The notes: generated from the letters alone by a model not told the origin. Numbered from the stretch's first letter, positions 1 to 13,393 are shown. The stretch is DNA of 64,000 bases from Basidiobolus meristosporus CBS 931.73 (GCA_002104905.1 MCFE01000202.1:68058-132057); one strand, 5' to 3'. Numbers and translations: made by a program.

Positions 1-1640
1 GGCATTAGGGCAGCCTCATTGCAAAATCCTTGTGGTTGATGTGGAGTGGATCCACTTGTGGGAACAGATTCTTTCTGTAGGGAAAGCCACAGGGCTCCTG
101 CCAAAGATATGCACAAAGAATGTCAAGGCTAAGACACATGGTGAGTGATGGGTCTTAGTAGAGTTACTTGTTAGGTATGTGGTATGGATCAATGTTGGCA
201 TTGTGTATGGGGACTTATGTACATCCATCCAGTTTACAATCAAGTAACACCCAAAGATTCATCAGAAACTAACCAGTTTGAATGCATCAAAAGTAAGAGC
301 ACCAGTTGAGTGCATAAGTAAGAGGTGCAAAAAAAGGCAATGCAAATTAATGTACACACATTCAGAAGACAATTGTGTGGCTGGTATCAGAAAGTGAGAG
401 AAATGGCAGGGAACCAATCAGAAGCAACTTGAGGACTGTTGTGATGAAACATTGTGGCCAAGTTTTTTGCAAAATCTGAAGTGCAATTTTTTCCCAACAG
501 TTTTTGCATGGTGTCCTAATGGTGTCATTAACTATTGGTCATGGGATTTGAATTTTGTGATGGTCTTTTGACAGGGTTATCAGACTGATTTTTCATAAAG
601 TGTTTCAGCAAGCATCTCCTGGTTGCAGTATTACCAAATAGTCCATGCAATCCCATCCCCCTCAGGTATCTGTTAATCTGATAAGCCTAGGCTTGAACAA
701 GCAGTTTACCTTGTACCCTGGCTTGCCTTGTTAGACCAGACTTTGCTCCTTTCCTGATGAGCCCTTGCCTTACCCCCTGCCCTGTGACTATTCACCACAC
801 CTTTCATATAGGTGACTTAACACAAGGTCTGTTGCACTGGGCTTTAGAGGTAATAGAGAGTCCTGTAACTTGTCTGCCAGACTACTTATGAGAATAACCA
901 TCTGGGCTTTCTCAGTGGTTTGCACTCCAGTTGATTCCATCTCATCAACCAACAGGATCATTCAGTTGATTGGGCTTCTCATTTTGTCTCCTTGCAGCAT
1001 TGTTGTGGCCCAGAGTTTTTGTCAAGGTTGGGATCTTTTGGTGGCTGAACATGACTGCTAGATGTCTTTCAGCACCTTTTAGGAGGTCTTTGCCATTCCT
1101 GCTCTTAAGCCATGGTAAACAGTTTGTGTCTGATGTCAAGGCTAAGGCAGTTGAAGACATTAGGCTCTTTATTCTGGTGTTTTAAAGCTGCTTTGCCTAC
1201 ATCTTCAGAAGGACATTCCTCCCCCCCCCCCCTACAACAACATATCAAGGGCCTCTTCATTCTAGCATTTGAGACTTGGTAGGTCAACCAATCAACTTTT
1301 CAGACAAAGGAGAAATTCTGGCAGGTGGCAGTGTTGGGTGTGCTGGAGAGTGGTGACTTAGACCCATAGACTGTTGGAAGAGTCTTGGAGGAACTAATAG
1401 TGATTGGAAGCACAAGTAGATTCCCTGAATTTCACTTGAGAACTGGCTATATGGAAAAGTGAGATTCACACTTTTTGATGGTCTTGGATGCATATCATAA
1501 ACATGGTTTCTCTGGAGCTGGAAATGGCAGGTTGGTATCTTCAGGTGTACCCAAACTCTTGAGCATTGGATCCACCAATGTCTTTGATTCAAAGGCAGAT
1601 GAGGCCAAAAGGCCATTGTTCCTTCTTCAGGTCTGCCCAG
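1..1640. mobile_element. Degraded, CpG-depleted transposon-derived sequence, family unresolved
   Basis: Essentially no CpG seen by eye in 1-1640, versus abundant CpG from about 1700. No credible ORF. Contains an LTR-like segment (next entry) and a C-run at about 1219-1232. Confidence 0.45.
615..798 (+). repeat. LTR-like segment homologous to the solo LTR at 59577-60066 (opposite strand)
   Basis: Manual alignment: CAGTATTACCAAATAGT...ATCCCCCTCAGGTAT...TCTGATAA...CTTGAACAAGCAG...CTTGCCTTGTT matches the reverse complement of 59580-59770 (CAGTATTGCCAAAAAGT...ATCCCCCCTTAAGTAT...TCTGATAA...CTTGAATAAACAG...CTTGCCTTGTT). Confidence 0.55.
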
Positions 1641-3347
1641 CCTGCGGGAGAGCACGGTTGGGGGACCAGTGATTCTGGTGGTTGCTCTCCTCAGGGAGAT
1701 TTTGGGATCCGCTCATGGTAGACATCCGGCATGAGTTCCAACCATGGTGTGATGTGTTCGATGGCCTCCAAAGCGTGACCTTCGCACTTCCAGAATCGAC
1801 AGATCAGCGTGTGCTTGACTTGGAAGCAAGCCGTGGAGCCGACTCGACTTCCACATGCGTCGTGACTTGGTGCGGGGCCCGATCGGTGGCATCCCTAACA
1901 TCGACCATGGTGGGGATCGAGGGGATTCGGTAGGACCTGGAATGGAAGCGACCCAAATCTTCGGTGGTGTCCGAGTGGTCCCGGATTCCCCTCCCCCACC
2001 CCTATGTTCCACCGGATCTGCCGACTGAATCTTCCAGAATGTTTCCAACAGGGCTCCCGTTTGAGAGCGGGAGGGGACAAGCCAATCTGGTGTAAAGGGT
2101 GATACAAGCCAGGCTTGGGAAGGGGCGGATGGGGGAGGGGGATGGTTTCAGGGAAAGCTTTGGCTCTGTCGCATGCAACTCCCTCCTGGCCACTTGTATG
2201 GGTGATGCTTGGGCCGTGGTTCGTTGCGCAAACGACCACCGGCGCTCGTCCATGTGGCCACTGCGGAACCTTCTGGTGGTGACGCAGGAGCCACGGTGCA
2301 TTCTGCCAAGCATTGCGACTGGAGGGGGGATCACCCAGCGGCAGCCTGTGGACCCCGTTCCCACCAAGTGTTAGGGGTCAGCTTAGCTTGCACTCCTCGC
2401 CTCGTAGTTGGTGGCTAATGGCTGAGGAGGCATTACGAACTTACACGGTGTTAACAGCAACCGAATGATGGCTGTATGGGGCTCGGATCCCGGGCGTTGA
2501 TGCTCGATTGACATGAGTGGTCACGGCCAAATCCACCCAGATGGCCGAGGTCCCAGGTTGGCCCCCGGCGGATTTTCTACTCCGATTTCCAGAAGCCCGA
2601 TGACGCAGGTGGTCTGGATGCACCTCACCCAGCCCCCCCCCCTGCCGTCCCTTAAGATGGTCAATGGAGGATCGGTGGGAACCTACCCAACAGTGGTTCC
2701 AGTCGGGGAAACTTGAGCGTGACCACTCCCCTTGCTTATTACCAACGGGCACTGACCGGCGGAGATTGGCTGGTCGTGAGTTCCATGCACATCCAGTGAT
2801 ATGTAGGCGGGATGCAGGGGGGAGGTGCATGCATGAAACGCGCGGTCACAACAAACCATGGACCCGGATCCAGCCTAGGTGTGGCGAAGGTTCCAGAGAG
2901 AAGCGAGGTTTATTGAACGCGATGCATGTGCAGTGCTTAAGAATAGTGGGTCTCTACTAAGGAAAAGGAAAGCGACCTGGGCCGGGGCACTGAAAGAGAA
3001 GGGAACGGAAGGGAAGAGGGGGGCGGAGGTGGAGGTGAAGGTGAAGGTGAAGATGGGATGATGATAGGAGAGGGGGATGCGGCACTGGGTGGTTAGGAAT
3101 CATTGGAAGAAGTTTCACGAAAGAATTGACTGCTGACTGATTTTGGCCCACATAGTCACGGAGTATATCTACAATTTACGAGTACACACCACCCGGGGGG
3201 GGGGTTAATATGCTGGGTTCTAAGCAACCTACTGAAGCCATGGGGAGGGGGGGGGACAGGGAAATCCAGGTTGGAAGTATTCAGGGTGCGGATTGCGTAT
3301 GGGGCCTACACATCCCCATTTGCCGGTCACGTTGGGAATTGGTGGGC

Positions 3348-5049
3348 TCAAGCGACTAGGTGGGATTCGTAACGAAACTTCCCTAGCTCCTGCTCAGTGG
3401 GTGTTACCGGAGGGGTGTCGAGGGCTTCCAGGATTTGCTGGGCGATGGGCAGGTGGTCCTCCTCAACCTAAAGCGATTGTTACTAGGGGACATTGGGAGA
3501 GCTGACTCGAGGCCGTCCACTTACCAGCACATTGGCGCATTGGGTGGTACTTAGGTAGATGAGATTGATACCAGCATCGCTGAGGGGGTTGGACATGGAG
3601 TGGACGATTCCGTACCGGTCGCATACTAAAACATTCGTTAGTACCGGATGCACTTGGCAAGGCCGAGAGCCGAGTAAACCAACCCTCACCGAAAATTGAA
3701 AGGTCGATCTGAATCAACCTCATGGGCAGTCTGGTCAGGCTCATGTTGATCATGTAATGTTCGAACTGGGCCAAAACGCTTTCCTCCACGATCAGGGAGA
3801 TCCCATCCTCGGTAGCAGTGAAGGACACGAATCGAGACTTGGTGCTTCTGTGGAGCAGGGTGGCGGTTAGTATCGGAAATGCGGTGGTGGGAACCGTCGG
3901 GATTACCTGAAGTCCTCCTCAAGCTCGGGGTAGAGTAGAATGCGGATCAACGTCATGGCCCAATTATCTCGGTACTCCTTGTCCAATCCGACCAGTCGAA
4001 GCTTGTGCTTCGTGACGATCTTGGTACATTGTCGACGAACCTGGACGATGATATCTTGCTCAAGCAAGTTGCCGTTGCCAAGGTTTTCCATCGACTCCAG
4101 GCTGGTGGGCGGTTGCTCCAAATTGAAGCTCCCTGCGGGGATCTCCATAGGGAATGGGGACTCGGGAGGGGTGGCTAGCTCCACTGTGTCAAGATCGATG
4201 AAGTCGAACCCGCAGGCTTGCAAAGTCTCTACGGCGAACGGGATCCGTTTTTCCTTGATCTGCGAAATGAAAAGTTCCGTGAGTACTCTACCCCCACCGA
4301 GACCAACCGGTTCCTAGCCCACTTACAAGGAAATAATCGGTTTGATAGGTCGACAAATAGAATATACTGATTCCAGCTCTAGCGAGGGGGCCTGTGAGTT
4401 CGTTGATTCGTCGCGAATTGAGCTCTAGAAATACGGTCAGCGAAAGGGTTGATGGGGTTCGGGAAAACAAGCGCATACCCATTCCGTAAGCGTTATCAAT
4501 CTCTAGTACCCGAAATATGTCTTCGCAGATCTTTATCCCGGGAGTGGACTTCAACGCCGGGGATTGCAAGAAGTCCTTCTCCACGGAAACGACGTCGGCG
4601 ATGATGGAGATCTCGGAGACATTCTCGGTGTAACTGAAAAAGCTGTCCCGTCTACGGTGGGAACAGGTCGGTCGAGAGAAAAGTGGCGAGGCGAGAGGCA
4701 ACGAAGAGGTGAAAGGTGAGTCGGAGGAGCAGTAAGCACAGGTTTCAACGAGCGGGTGGTGTAGATAAAAAAAGAAAAATGGTTAACAATTGGCCCGCAA
4801 ATAGTACGTTCACTGATAAACCGAGTTCCAAAACAAGCACTGATCAAACAACCCCGTGGTCAGGAAAGGTTAACTCCACTGAACCCACCAAAACTACGAA
4901 AACAAAACGGGGGAAATAGTCGAAGCTGAATGGTGTATTAACCTTGAGGGGAAGAAGGTGTTTTTCACGATGGCGTGTGTCCACAGTGGCCGGGAACTGA
5001 TAGGGAAGCTGAGAATGCGCACACGCGCGGGAAGAATGGAAATGTTCAT
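3348..5049 (-). CDS. CASTOR: CASTOR/GATS-like ACT-domain protein (multi-exon)
   Basis: N-terminus MNISILPARVRILSFPISSRPLWTHAIVKNTFF, then SFFSYTENVSEISIIAD, GPLARAGISIFYLSTYQTDYFLV and NPLSDAGINLIYLST. These are the repeated ACT motifs of CASTOR1/2. GT-AG introns join the ORF pieces. Confidence 0.8.
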
Positions 5050-5693
5050 GGGCTCAACGATAGTATATTTAAAGCACTCTGCTAGCACGCAATCGAAGGG
5101 AGGTGGGCAGGGGGAAGGTCGAGGTGTGTATAGGAATATTCACAAGTGGCACGTACGAACGCCACAGAGAAAAATAGAGAAATCCAGGTTGCGACACTTG
5201 GGAGGAGCTGGGTAAAATTTATAAAATCGGAAAAAGGAGAATCAGAAACATGCCTCATCGAAGGGGGTTGATTGAATCCCATACATCATCCACTGAGCAT
5301 TCACACATCCTTATTTACTTCAATTCCACAAATACCCCATTCGCACTCGCTCTTGCACTTAAGCTTCTGTCATTAGCTATCTTTGTGCTGCCATCGGTGC
5401 AATAGCGTATCGGAGTTTGGACTGGGTTTGGGTGAAACAACATTCATTGAAACATTCACGTAGATCAGTCATCATGACCCATTGTTAGTAATCCGATTCA
5501 GGAATTGGTTATCTCCGAAGTCTTCCGCAAGATATGTGACTGCAGCCATACTTCGTATCTGTCGCTTCAGACATATTCTAGAATGAGGGGCTCACCATTC
5601 CTGGCCGTCTATTCTGGAATACATCCACAGCGTATCACATCCAACCCGAACATATCAATTGCAACATGCAAATAGCTTCGTTGAGTGGATTTC

Positions 5694-6783
5694 ATGGCGA
5701 CCAATTCAAAGACCAAACTTTATGTCAAAGGGAACGACGAGGAAGACTGGAATCACCGATCAGCCTTACCAGTCGCTACGGCAGACGTGGATCTTGATGG
5801 GCCTCCCACAACTGGTGAAGAGTACCTGAGGATGGTTCGGTAGGTCGCCTAGAACAACCTGCCCATCCCCACCCATTAAGCTTTTTTCTCTGTTTGAAGC
5901 ATGGAAGCCAATAATCGACCAAGTGTATTCATCGCCAAAAACAAGCCGTCTACTTCCATTCCAACCTCCATACCAAAAACCCCTAGAGAAGCGGAAAAGG
6001 TCAAAGGACAACCGGTTAGCCGAGTACCGTCACCAGAATGGCGAGAGGCGTTCAAGCTACGATTTAGTCGGCTGCGTAAAGTAACGGAACTTTTTGGGTA
6101 TGCGCCTTGTAGACAATGGATGTTGATGTTGCTTTAAACTTTAGACTGTCGAGGAGAGAAGGAAAACCATAAAGTCGTCAAGCCGCATTGAGGGCTTGCC
6201 AGGCATAAAAGATGAAACAGCGTGGCTTGGTCTTCTCTACGGGGATTCCTCAAAGGCTGAGACTCCCGCAGAAGCTCAACCATTGCTGCCATACGCATCC
6301 GTTGTGCTAAAAATGGACCAGGTACTAGGTTGAATACGGAGTAACTTTTCCCAGCGAAACGCTAATCGATTTCCAACAAGAAAACAACGCTGGCCCTGCT
6401 GGAGTACCACATCGACTGGCTAGATGAGGACTCGCTCACCAAAAATCAAGTAAGCATTGCTTCGAAATCCGCCAAAGAATGGATCAAGGCTAACATTCAT
6501 GCCAAGGCGCAATGGCTATTTGCCCTGCTTCTTCGTGTCGACAAATTGCTCACCTCCGACAGTATATCAACTCTTCGAGAGCTATGCCGCCAGTGGGGCG
6601 CCATACGCACCAACCTGGTAAGTGGTTTCCGTGGCGTTGTAGGCGCGGCCTCTGGCTAAAACCATTCCATCTCAGACAAACGGGACTGGTGAGCAAATAG
6701 CATCGTTGAACATGCTCATTAGCATTGTGATAGATTATTTCGGACAACTTGATCTGTGGGAGGAGATTAACTCTGACGGATAA
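5694..6783 (+). CDS. GEMIN2: Gemin2/SIP1/Brr1 family SMN-complex subunit (multi-exon)
   Basis: DGPPTTGEEYLRMVR, PSPEWREAFKLRFSRLR, QWLFALLLRVDKLLTSDSISTLRELCRQW and C-terminal LNMLISIVIDYFGQLDL are the Gemin2 conserved blocks. Confidence 0.85.
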
Positions 6784-7250
6784 TGTAAAATTAATGCCAC
6801 CTCGGAGGATGAATCTTGAATAAATCGAATCAGAAACATAGCCAAGTTGGCGGAAATTCGGATTGTTTTTGTTATGAGTGTTGTCCACCAGAGAGGGTTA
6901 GATGGCTGATTGGCTCGGCGTGGAAAAACAAGGGACAAAACCCAATGACAACATGGCTGATTTGTTTACGCTCGATAGGATGTTTACACTTGAGTGATGG
7001 CTAATAAATAGTTTGTGCGGAGGATACCGGCCACACTTTACATCTCCCACTGCTAGTTTACGAACATTAAGGAATAGCCACTGAAGAGCAAATAGAGGGT
7101 GGACTCATTCAACACATTCTACTAACCTTTCCTTTCATAGCACCGCACGTTTTCAGGTAGGCTAGCCACAACCCCACCAAACATATATATATTCGGCCCG
7201 CCTAACCGATCCTGCTCTAGTTGTCCCTTCGACTTGCACAAACGCGAACC

Positions 7251-10200
7251 ATGGGATATTATGGAAGCTTTATAGTCACCCGTAGAGTTGGCGGGGACTT
7301 CAAGACTTTTCCGATCAACAAAAAGGAGTTTCTTATCGGAAAGTAAATATGGTTTGGAGTTTCTCATGGCTGATAACGGGCATAGCAGTTGACCATTCAC
7401 CTCTAGGCAACTCACCTGCGATGTTCGTATATACTTACCTCAGATCGCCGACAACCACTGTAAAATTTCCTTCGAAAAAGAGGGTCAGGTAAGCGGCGAG
7501 TTGGACGACAACATGAGGCTGATGATGCTAATCGTCCCCACCGTTGCAGGCTACCCTTATCAATTTCAGCAAAAACGGGACCATGGTCAATGGAGAGAAG
7601 CTCGGCGAGCAGGACCGAAGAGCGCTGAATGACAAAGATATCATCACCATCCACGACCGAACCTTCCGTTTCGAGTATTCCTCTCCGAACGCGGCCAAGC
7701 CACAGCCAACCGTACATGTTTCAAAACCACTTCGCCCCATCAGCAGAACGAATGCCTCCGCCACTCCACTTAAATCATCCACACGACCATTCAATCGCAC
7801 CACCACGCCCCTCACAAATCAAGTCAAGGGACACACCAGGGCCCCTTTCACCGAGCCATCCAAAAAAAGCGTGAGGCCTATCCTGGGTACGGCCCAGAGT
7901 TACAGAGAGAGTCAAATCAAGCAAGAAGACCAGACGCAATACTCTGCGTTCTCCATGCTTAAGACTGAGCAGCCAGACATGGATGGCCTGCATATCAAAG
8001 CCGAGGATGCAATCGCCAAATGCGAAAGTCAGCTGAATACAATCAGCGACAAGTTGAACCAGTCAAGCCAGATCCTCGCCAATGCTCACGCGGCCAGTGA
8101 TCACAAGAACGTGGAGATAATCCCGTCAGTAATCAACAACATGGAAGCATGTGATGTGAAGGTAAAGACTGAGGATTCAACGGAGAGAGTCCAGGAGCCT
8201 AAGCAAGACCATATCGCTGATGCTAACGAGGCATCTCCGAAGCTTCCCAAGGCGCTGCTCCTATTGAGCAGTGCGAGTTCTAAGAAGAGAAAGTCATTGG
8301 ATACAACGTCGCTCATGCAACCTCGTTCACCTGGTCGCCGTTCCTCAAGACGGAGATCCTCACTGCTGGACCACACCAGCTTGCTAGCAATCAAGCCTGA
8401 GCAGGATCATTCGGAGCCATCGGTCACCACCACCAATGATGCCACGGAAGAGAATCCGCGTCGCAAAGTCACTTTCGGGCCCGACTTGAGCCCGGAGATT
8501 TACGACCGCACTCTGCCTCCAAATTCTCCACTCAAGCGAGGAAAGAAGACTCCCAGCGGGACCCCAGCATTATCACACAGTAAATTAAGAGACGTGATCT
8601 CCGATGCCTCGGAGCCTTTATCTGTACGTCGAGTCACATTCGGGCCAGATCTTAGTCCGGAGATATTCGACAAGGCGCTTCCACCCAATTCTCCACTGAA
8701 GAAGGGTAGAATCACCCCTTCCATCAAGCAGACCCCTCTGAGAGACTCCGTCTGCGCCAAACCCACCACGCCATCCTCCTCATTGCTAAAGAACGTCCTG
8801 AAGCAATTCCGTGCGAAAGAAAGCAGCCCAATCACATTGGATTCCAACGACGATTTTGCTGAGGGTGTTGATTTGGCCGAAGAGGCCAAGGAGTTCTTGC
8901 ACAGCATAGATCCATCGCAAGACAATCACGAGTCAGAGACGATAGAATCCAATACGGATGGCGATGAAAAACCGGTCGAGGATAGCATTCTAACCGGTAA
9001 TAATGGGTCCGAGCAATTGTCATCCGCTGAGCCTGGCAACGTAATCACCTCATCCGAGAGCCTTATCACCGTGAGTATCGAAGCGTCAGAGGATTTCGTC
9101 GAAGAAGCTGCAGATGGATTGTCCACACCAGAGAAACGAGCACCAGCGTTCTCGGCGACATTCACCTCGGACAGCATTTCTGAAGGGATTGCTATTGCGG
9201 AGCTTTTCGACACCTCAATGGTTTCGCCCGTTCACTCTTCTGACACCTCAGGCGACAGAATGGAAGTCACGGCTAGCCATGGCGACGCCGATGCTGCCAA
9301 TCTGCAGCCCGAAGAAAGCCCATCCTCGCCAGCTGGTGATCTTTCCGACTCTGAAGTCACTACATTTCCTAATGTTGAGAAGGATGAATCTGATTCGCAT
9401 ACAGATGACGACAGAGATGGTGATGATGCAAGCGGTGATCAAACGCCGAATACATCTATATCAGTAGAGCAGGATAGCGCACCCACCACTCCTCAAACCA
9501 TGCCTACTTCCGGAAGCCTATCGGAAAGTGTCAGACAAGGCCAGGAAATAGCCGAGCTTTTCGCCACCCCTCCAAGCAGGAACCTTGAAAGCCCACACTC
9601 CCCCATGTCCGTCGATTCGCCTTCGTCGACTCTTCAACTCCCCGATGTGGTCACTCCAACTCGCAAGCCGCTTACCACCACTGTGGACACTTGTGAGAGT
9701 CTCCGGGAAGGCGAGGCCATAGCCAATCTTTTCGCTACCCCGTCACCTAAAGCGTCCGAGGAGAAATTCTTCACCCCAGATTCCATCAACGCATTGACCG
9801 TAGACGCGGAATCCGTTGTTAGCCAAAGAGCGGTGGACCTTGGCCAGTCCGGCAAAACCCCATCCATGCATATGGATATGGATACTGAAAGTTTCATTGA
9901 AGGCGAAACGATCGCTAACCTACTATCTACTCCGACCCCCGGCAGTGATGCCCACCTACCAGAATCCCCTCTGGCGGCGAAGTCGACTTGTACACCTAGC
10001 TCCAACGTAACTCCTACAAGTAGCGTAGCAGAGTCTCCTCTCGCACCCTCCCCCCAAGCCTCGCTAGCCACCGAGGCTAATATAGAAGATGCTAATTTCC
10101 CCGACTTCATTGCAGGCCTGGAGGGGCTTGGCACCATTTCCGAATCGAATCAAGAAGTGGTGACCGTCAGCAAAGAGGATTCCGAGCTCGATGAGACTAT

Positions 10201-13200
10201 GATGGATATCGATTCCGAGGTGGAGAATACTAACGAGGAAGCTGAACAAGAGCCACTGGCCGTAGAGGAGTCCGGGGAAACTGCTGCCGAACTGAACGAG
10301 GAGGAAACTCCAGATGTGAGCTATGAAGCAATGGTGGAAGCAGAGGTAGAGCATATTGCAGGTCCCCTCGATCCCGAGAACGACCCTTCGGGCTCAGTCG
10401 AAGCCGGCAAACCACTTGAGGAGGGTGTTCTTCTTGATGATCCTATCAAGGACCCAACCGAAATCGTTGAACATGTCAAGGCAGTCGAGGAAAAAGATCA
10501 AGATGAAGATATGGAAGATCAGGAGGAAGTCATCAATGATTCGGAGAATGCCGATCTTAATCAAGCAAACGATGATGATGAGGAGGAGGAGGAGGAGGAG
10601 GAGGAGGAGGATGTTAGCACGTTGATATTTGAGCAAGAAGCGACTGTAGAGACTCTTCAGAATGAAGTTGCTGTCGATGTGAGCGAGAAAGAGATAGGAA
10701 CAGCACCCAACAACGAAAGTGGCGAAGAGACGGACGATAATAAGCAAATCGATGAAAATGGCGAGGAACACGGCACTGTTAACGTGCACCAAGATGAACT
10801 CGACGAAGCAGATGATGCTTTACCCGAAGAGAATTTGAGTGGTGAAGCCGATGTCGAGGCACATGACACTCTAGAGGTTGATGCTAAGGACGACGAGGCC
10901 CAGCCAGAGGCCGAACTGGATGCATATACCAACACTGACGATGCCAAGTCAGAGGACGGAAATGTCGAATCTGAAGATAAGCCAGATGAAGATCCCGACG
11001 TTGCACAGCTTGAGGTTAGCGATCATGAAGATTTTGCTTTGGACAATGCGGAGGTTGATGCCAAGGATGATGAGGCTCAATCAGAGGACGGCCTGGACGT
11101 GGATGCCAAGGTTGTTGACGCTGAGTCAGAAGACCTAAATGTCGAATCTGAAGACAAGCTAGATGAAGGCCTCAACGTCGCACAGCTTGAGGAACCTGAG
11201 GTTAGCGATCATGAAGATATGGCTACAGACAATGCAGGTGCCGAGAAACCCAGTGATGACGAAGAGATGGAGTCGGATGAAGCGAAGAGTGATGAAGCTC
11301 AGCCAGAAGTTGATATCACGGATGGCCATGTTAAACCAGAAGTGGAATCGGATGTAGAAGCAACCAACGAAAATGTTGAGCCAGAAGACCAACTGCCTGA
11401 AGACTCCCACCTCAAACAGCCAGAGGAAACCGTGGTTAGCGAGCATGATGATATGGGATTGGACAATGTGGGTGAAAAGCAACCTAGTGACAATGAAGCA
11501 GATTCCGAGGTGGATGTCGAGCCACAAGACAAATCGGAAGAAGTCTCCGAAGTTGCACTGCCAGAGGAAGCAGAAGCTAGTGACCATGAGGGCACAGAGA
11601 TCGCTGAAGCTGACGATCAACCGAACGTGAATGATGCCGAGGTTGCAACCACCCCTAAGCGCAAGGAACCCGAACAAGAAGCTTCTAGCGAAACCGAGGA
11701 GCATAGTGAGCATGATACCCCAATGAAATCCTCGCCCACCTCCAATGTGACCCTTGCCAGATCCACTAGATCCCGCCGAAGGGGTGACAGAGTTATTCAG
11801 TATCCAGAATCCAATTCGGATGGCGCTAACCAGACTCGTCCCGTAAGAGCTAGCAAACGAGTCGCTCAATCCGAGAATCAGGAGACATCCAAGCCTGCTC
11901 GCACTCGCTCAACCAGGGCAACCAGAACTAATACCGTTCCTGATGAAGATACCCAACATGAGGAAGTCGACTCCCCCATCCGTCCTCGTTCTACCCGTCA
12001 GAAATCAAAACCGCAACACGAAGTTGAGGCACCCCAACCCGAGGCTGCCATCGAGGAATCCGATCCCATAGAAGAGAAGGAGGAGCAAGAAGAGGAGGCG
12101 CCTCTCCCCAAACCACGGAAGACCACACGCAGGACCAAGAAAAGTAAGCCCGAGGAACCTAGCCACGTCGAGGCCAATGTCAGTGAAGAGCCCCAGATCA
12201 AGACTCGCGGTAAACGTACTCTCGAGGAGTCCAACGAAGAGGAACCTTCGTCGAGATCGACCAAAACCCGCTCAAAGAGATCCAGGAAGGTCGCTCAAGA
12301 AGACGAGGAGCAACCCGAGGCAGAGATTGTTCCGGAACCCCTGCCGATCACTCGCGCTTCAAAAAGAAGCAAGAGAACGGTGGAGAAAGTCGAGGCCCAG
12401 CGTGAAACCTCCGATCACGATGTCACTGATGAGGAAAAGGTCGAACCCACTGAGGGTAAGGTTGCCGATGAATCCCCAAAGGTCAAATCCGGACGTCGCA
12501 AGCGCACTCGTAAGAACGACCCTGAGCCGATGGCTTCGGATGATGAGCTTGAGTTGGAGATGAAGCACGTGACACGACGAGGAAAGCGCGCCACAGCCTC
12601 CCAAAAAGCCTCCCAGGCTGAGGAAGTAACGGACGACTCACCGGAAGATGCGGTGGTGGAGAAGAAACCCAAAACACGTAGCAAACGTGCCGTAGCCACC
12701 GTGGCCACCGTGGATGAAGCGGAGGAAGAGCCTTCCGAAGAAGTGGTGGAGCAGCCCAAGATCACCACACGTCGCGCCAATAGAACCGCGAAACCAACAG
12801 TGAAGAAAACCCGCTCCACACGTGGTACCAAACGTGCGGTCAGGGAAGAGGAACCCGCTGAGGAACCCGAAACTTCCGAGAGCAAGGAATCCGCGAGTGA
12901 GGAAGTCACGGACAGCCCTGCCCAGCACGATACCGACGAGCCCGATACCGTCGTCGAGCCACCCAAACCAAAGCGTGCATCGAAACGCACCAAGGCTCAG
13001 AAGAGCTCTACCAAGACTAGCGCCAGAAAGAGCAAGGCCGAGATCCCCCCGGAAGCTGATACGGAAGAGGGAGAGGAAGTGGAAGTGGAAGCGAAGAAGA
13101 AAGCCACGACCACACGAACCGCCAAAACCACCACTCGTTCCAAAGCCGCCAAGGCCACGAAACAAGAGGAGCCTGCTGCTGAGGTAATTCCGAAGCGCAC

Positions 13201-13393
13201 CAGAAGCACCAAAACGGGCAGTAAGCGCAAGGCTGATGCAGTCGAAGAGGAGCAGGAGGAGGAGGAGGAGGAAGCCAAGCCGATCACCCGTAAACGGGTG
13301 AAGGCCAGCGAAACCACCAAACCAGCCACTCGATCCAAAGACTCCGCAAAGATCACCACGCGCCAGACTCGCTCCAGAACTCGCAAGAACTAG
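7251..13393 (+). CDS. MKI67-like: Ki-67-like protein: N-terminal FHA, two RVxF+KiR PP1-docking motifs, ELFxTP repeats, acidic middle, basic disordered tail (about 2,000 aa)
   Basis: Exons 7251-7342, 7407-7488 and 7550-13393 give MGYYGSFIVTRRVGGDFKTFPINKKEFLIGKQLTCDVRIYLPQIADNHCKI...DIITIHDRTFRFE (Ki-67-type FHA). Also RKVTFGPDLSPEIYDRTLPPNSPLKRG, RRVTFGPDLSPEIFDKALPPNSPLKKG and four EGxxIA(E/N)L(F/L)xT(P/S) repeats. Confidence 0.75.
10870..11235 (+). repeat. Intragenic tandem duplication (about 180 bp unit) in the acidic region of the Ki-67-like gene
   Basis: EVDAKDDEAQ...NVESEDK...VAQLE...VSDHED...DNA occurs twice in tandem. Confidence 0.8.

Noticed and set aside
490-600. Possible decayed tyrosine-recombinase C-terminus (NSFC.G...WSFD)
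   Set aside because: Requires a frameshift and several substitutions, and the upstream catalytic motifs are not visible.
1700-3250. Possible LINE gag/ORF1 remnant (P/S-rich stretch, CFQVKHTLIC)
   Set aside because: Zinc-knuckle spacing is imperfect and no frame stays open; cannot be supported without a profile search.
10574-10610. (GAG)n microsatellite
   Set aside because: Simply encodes a poly-Glu run in the Ki-67-like protein.
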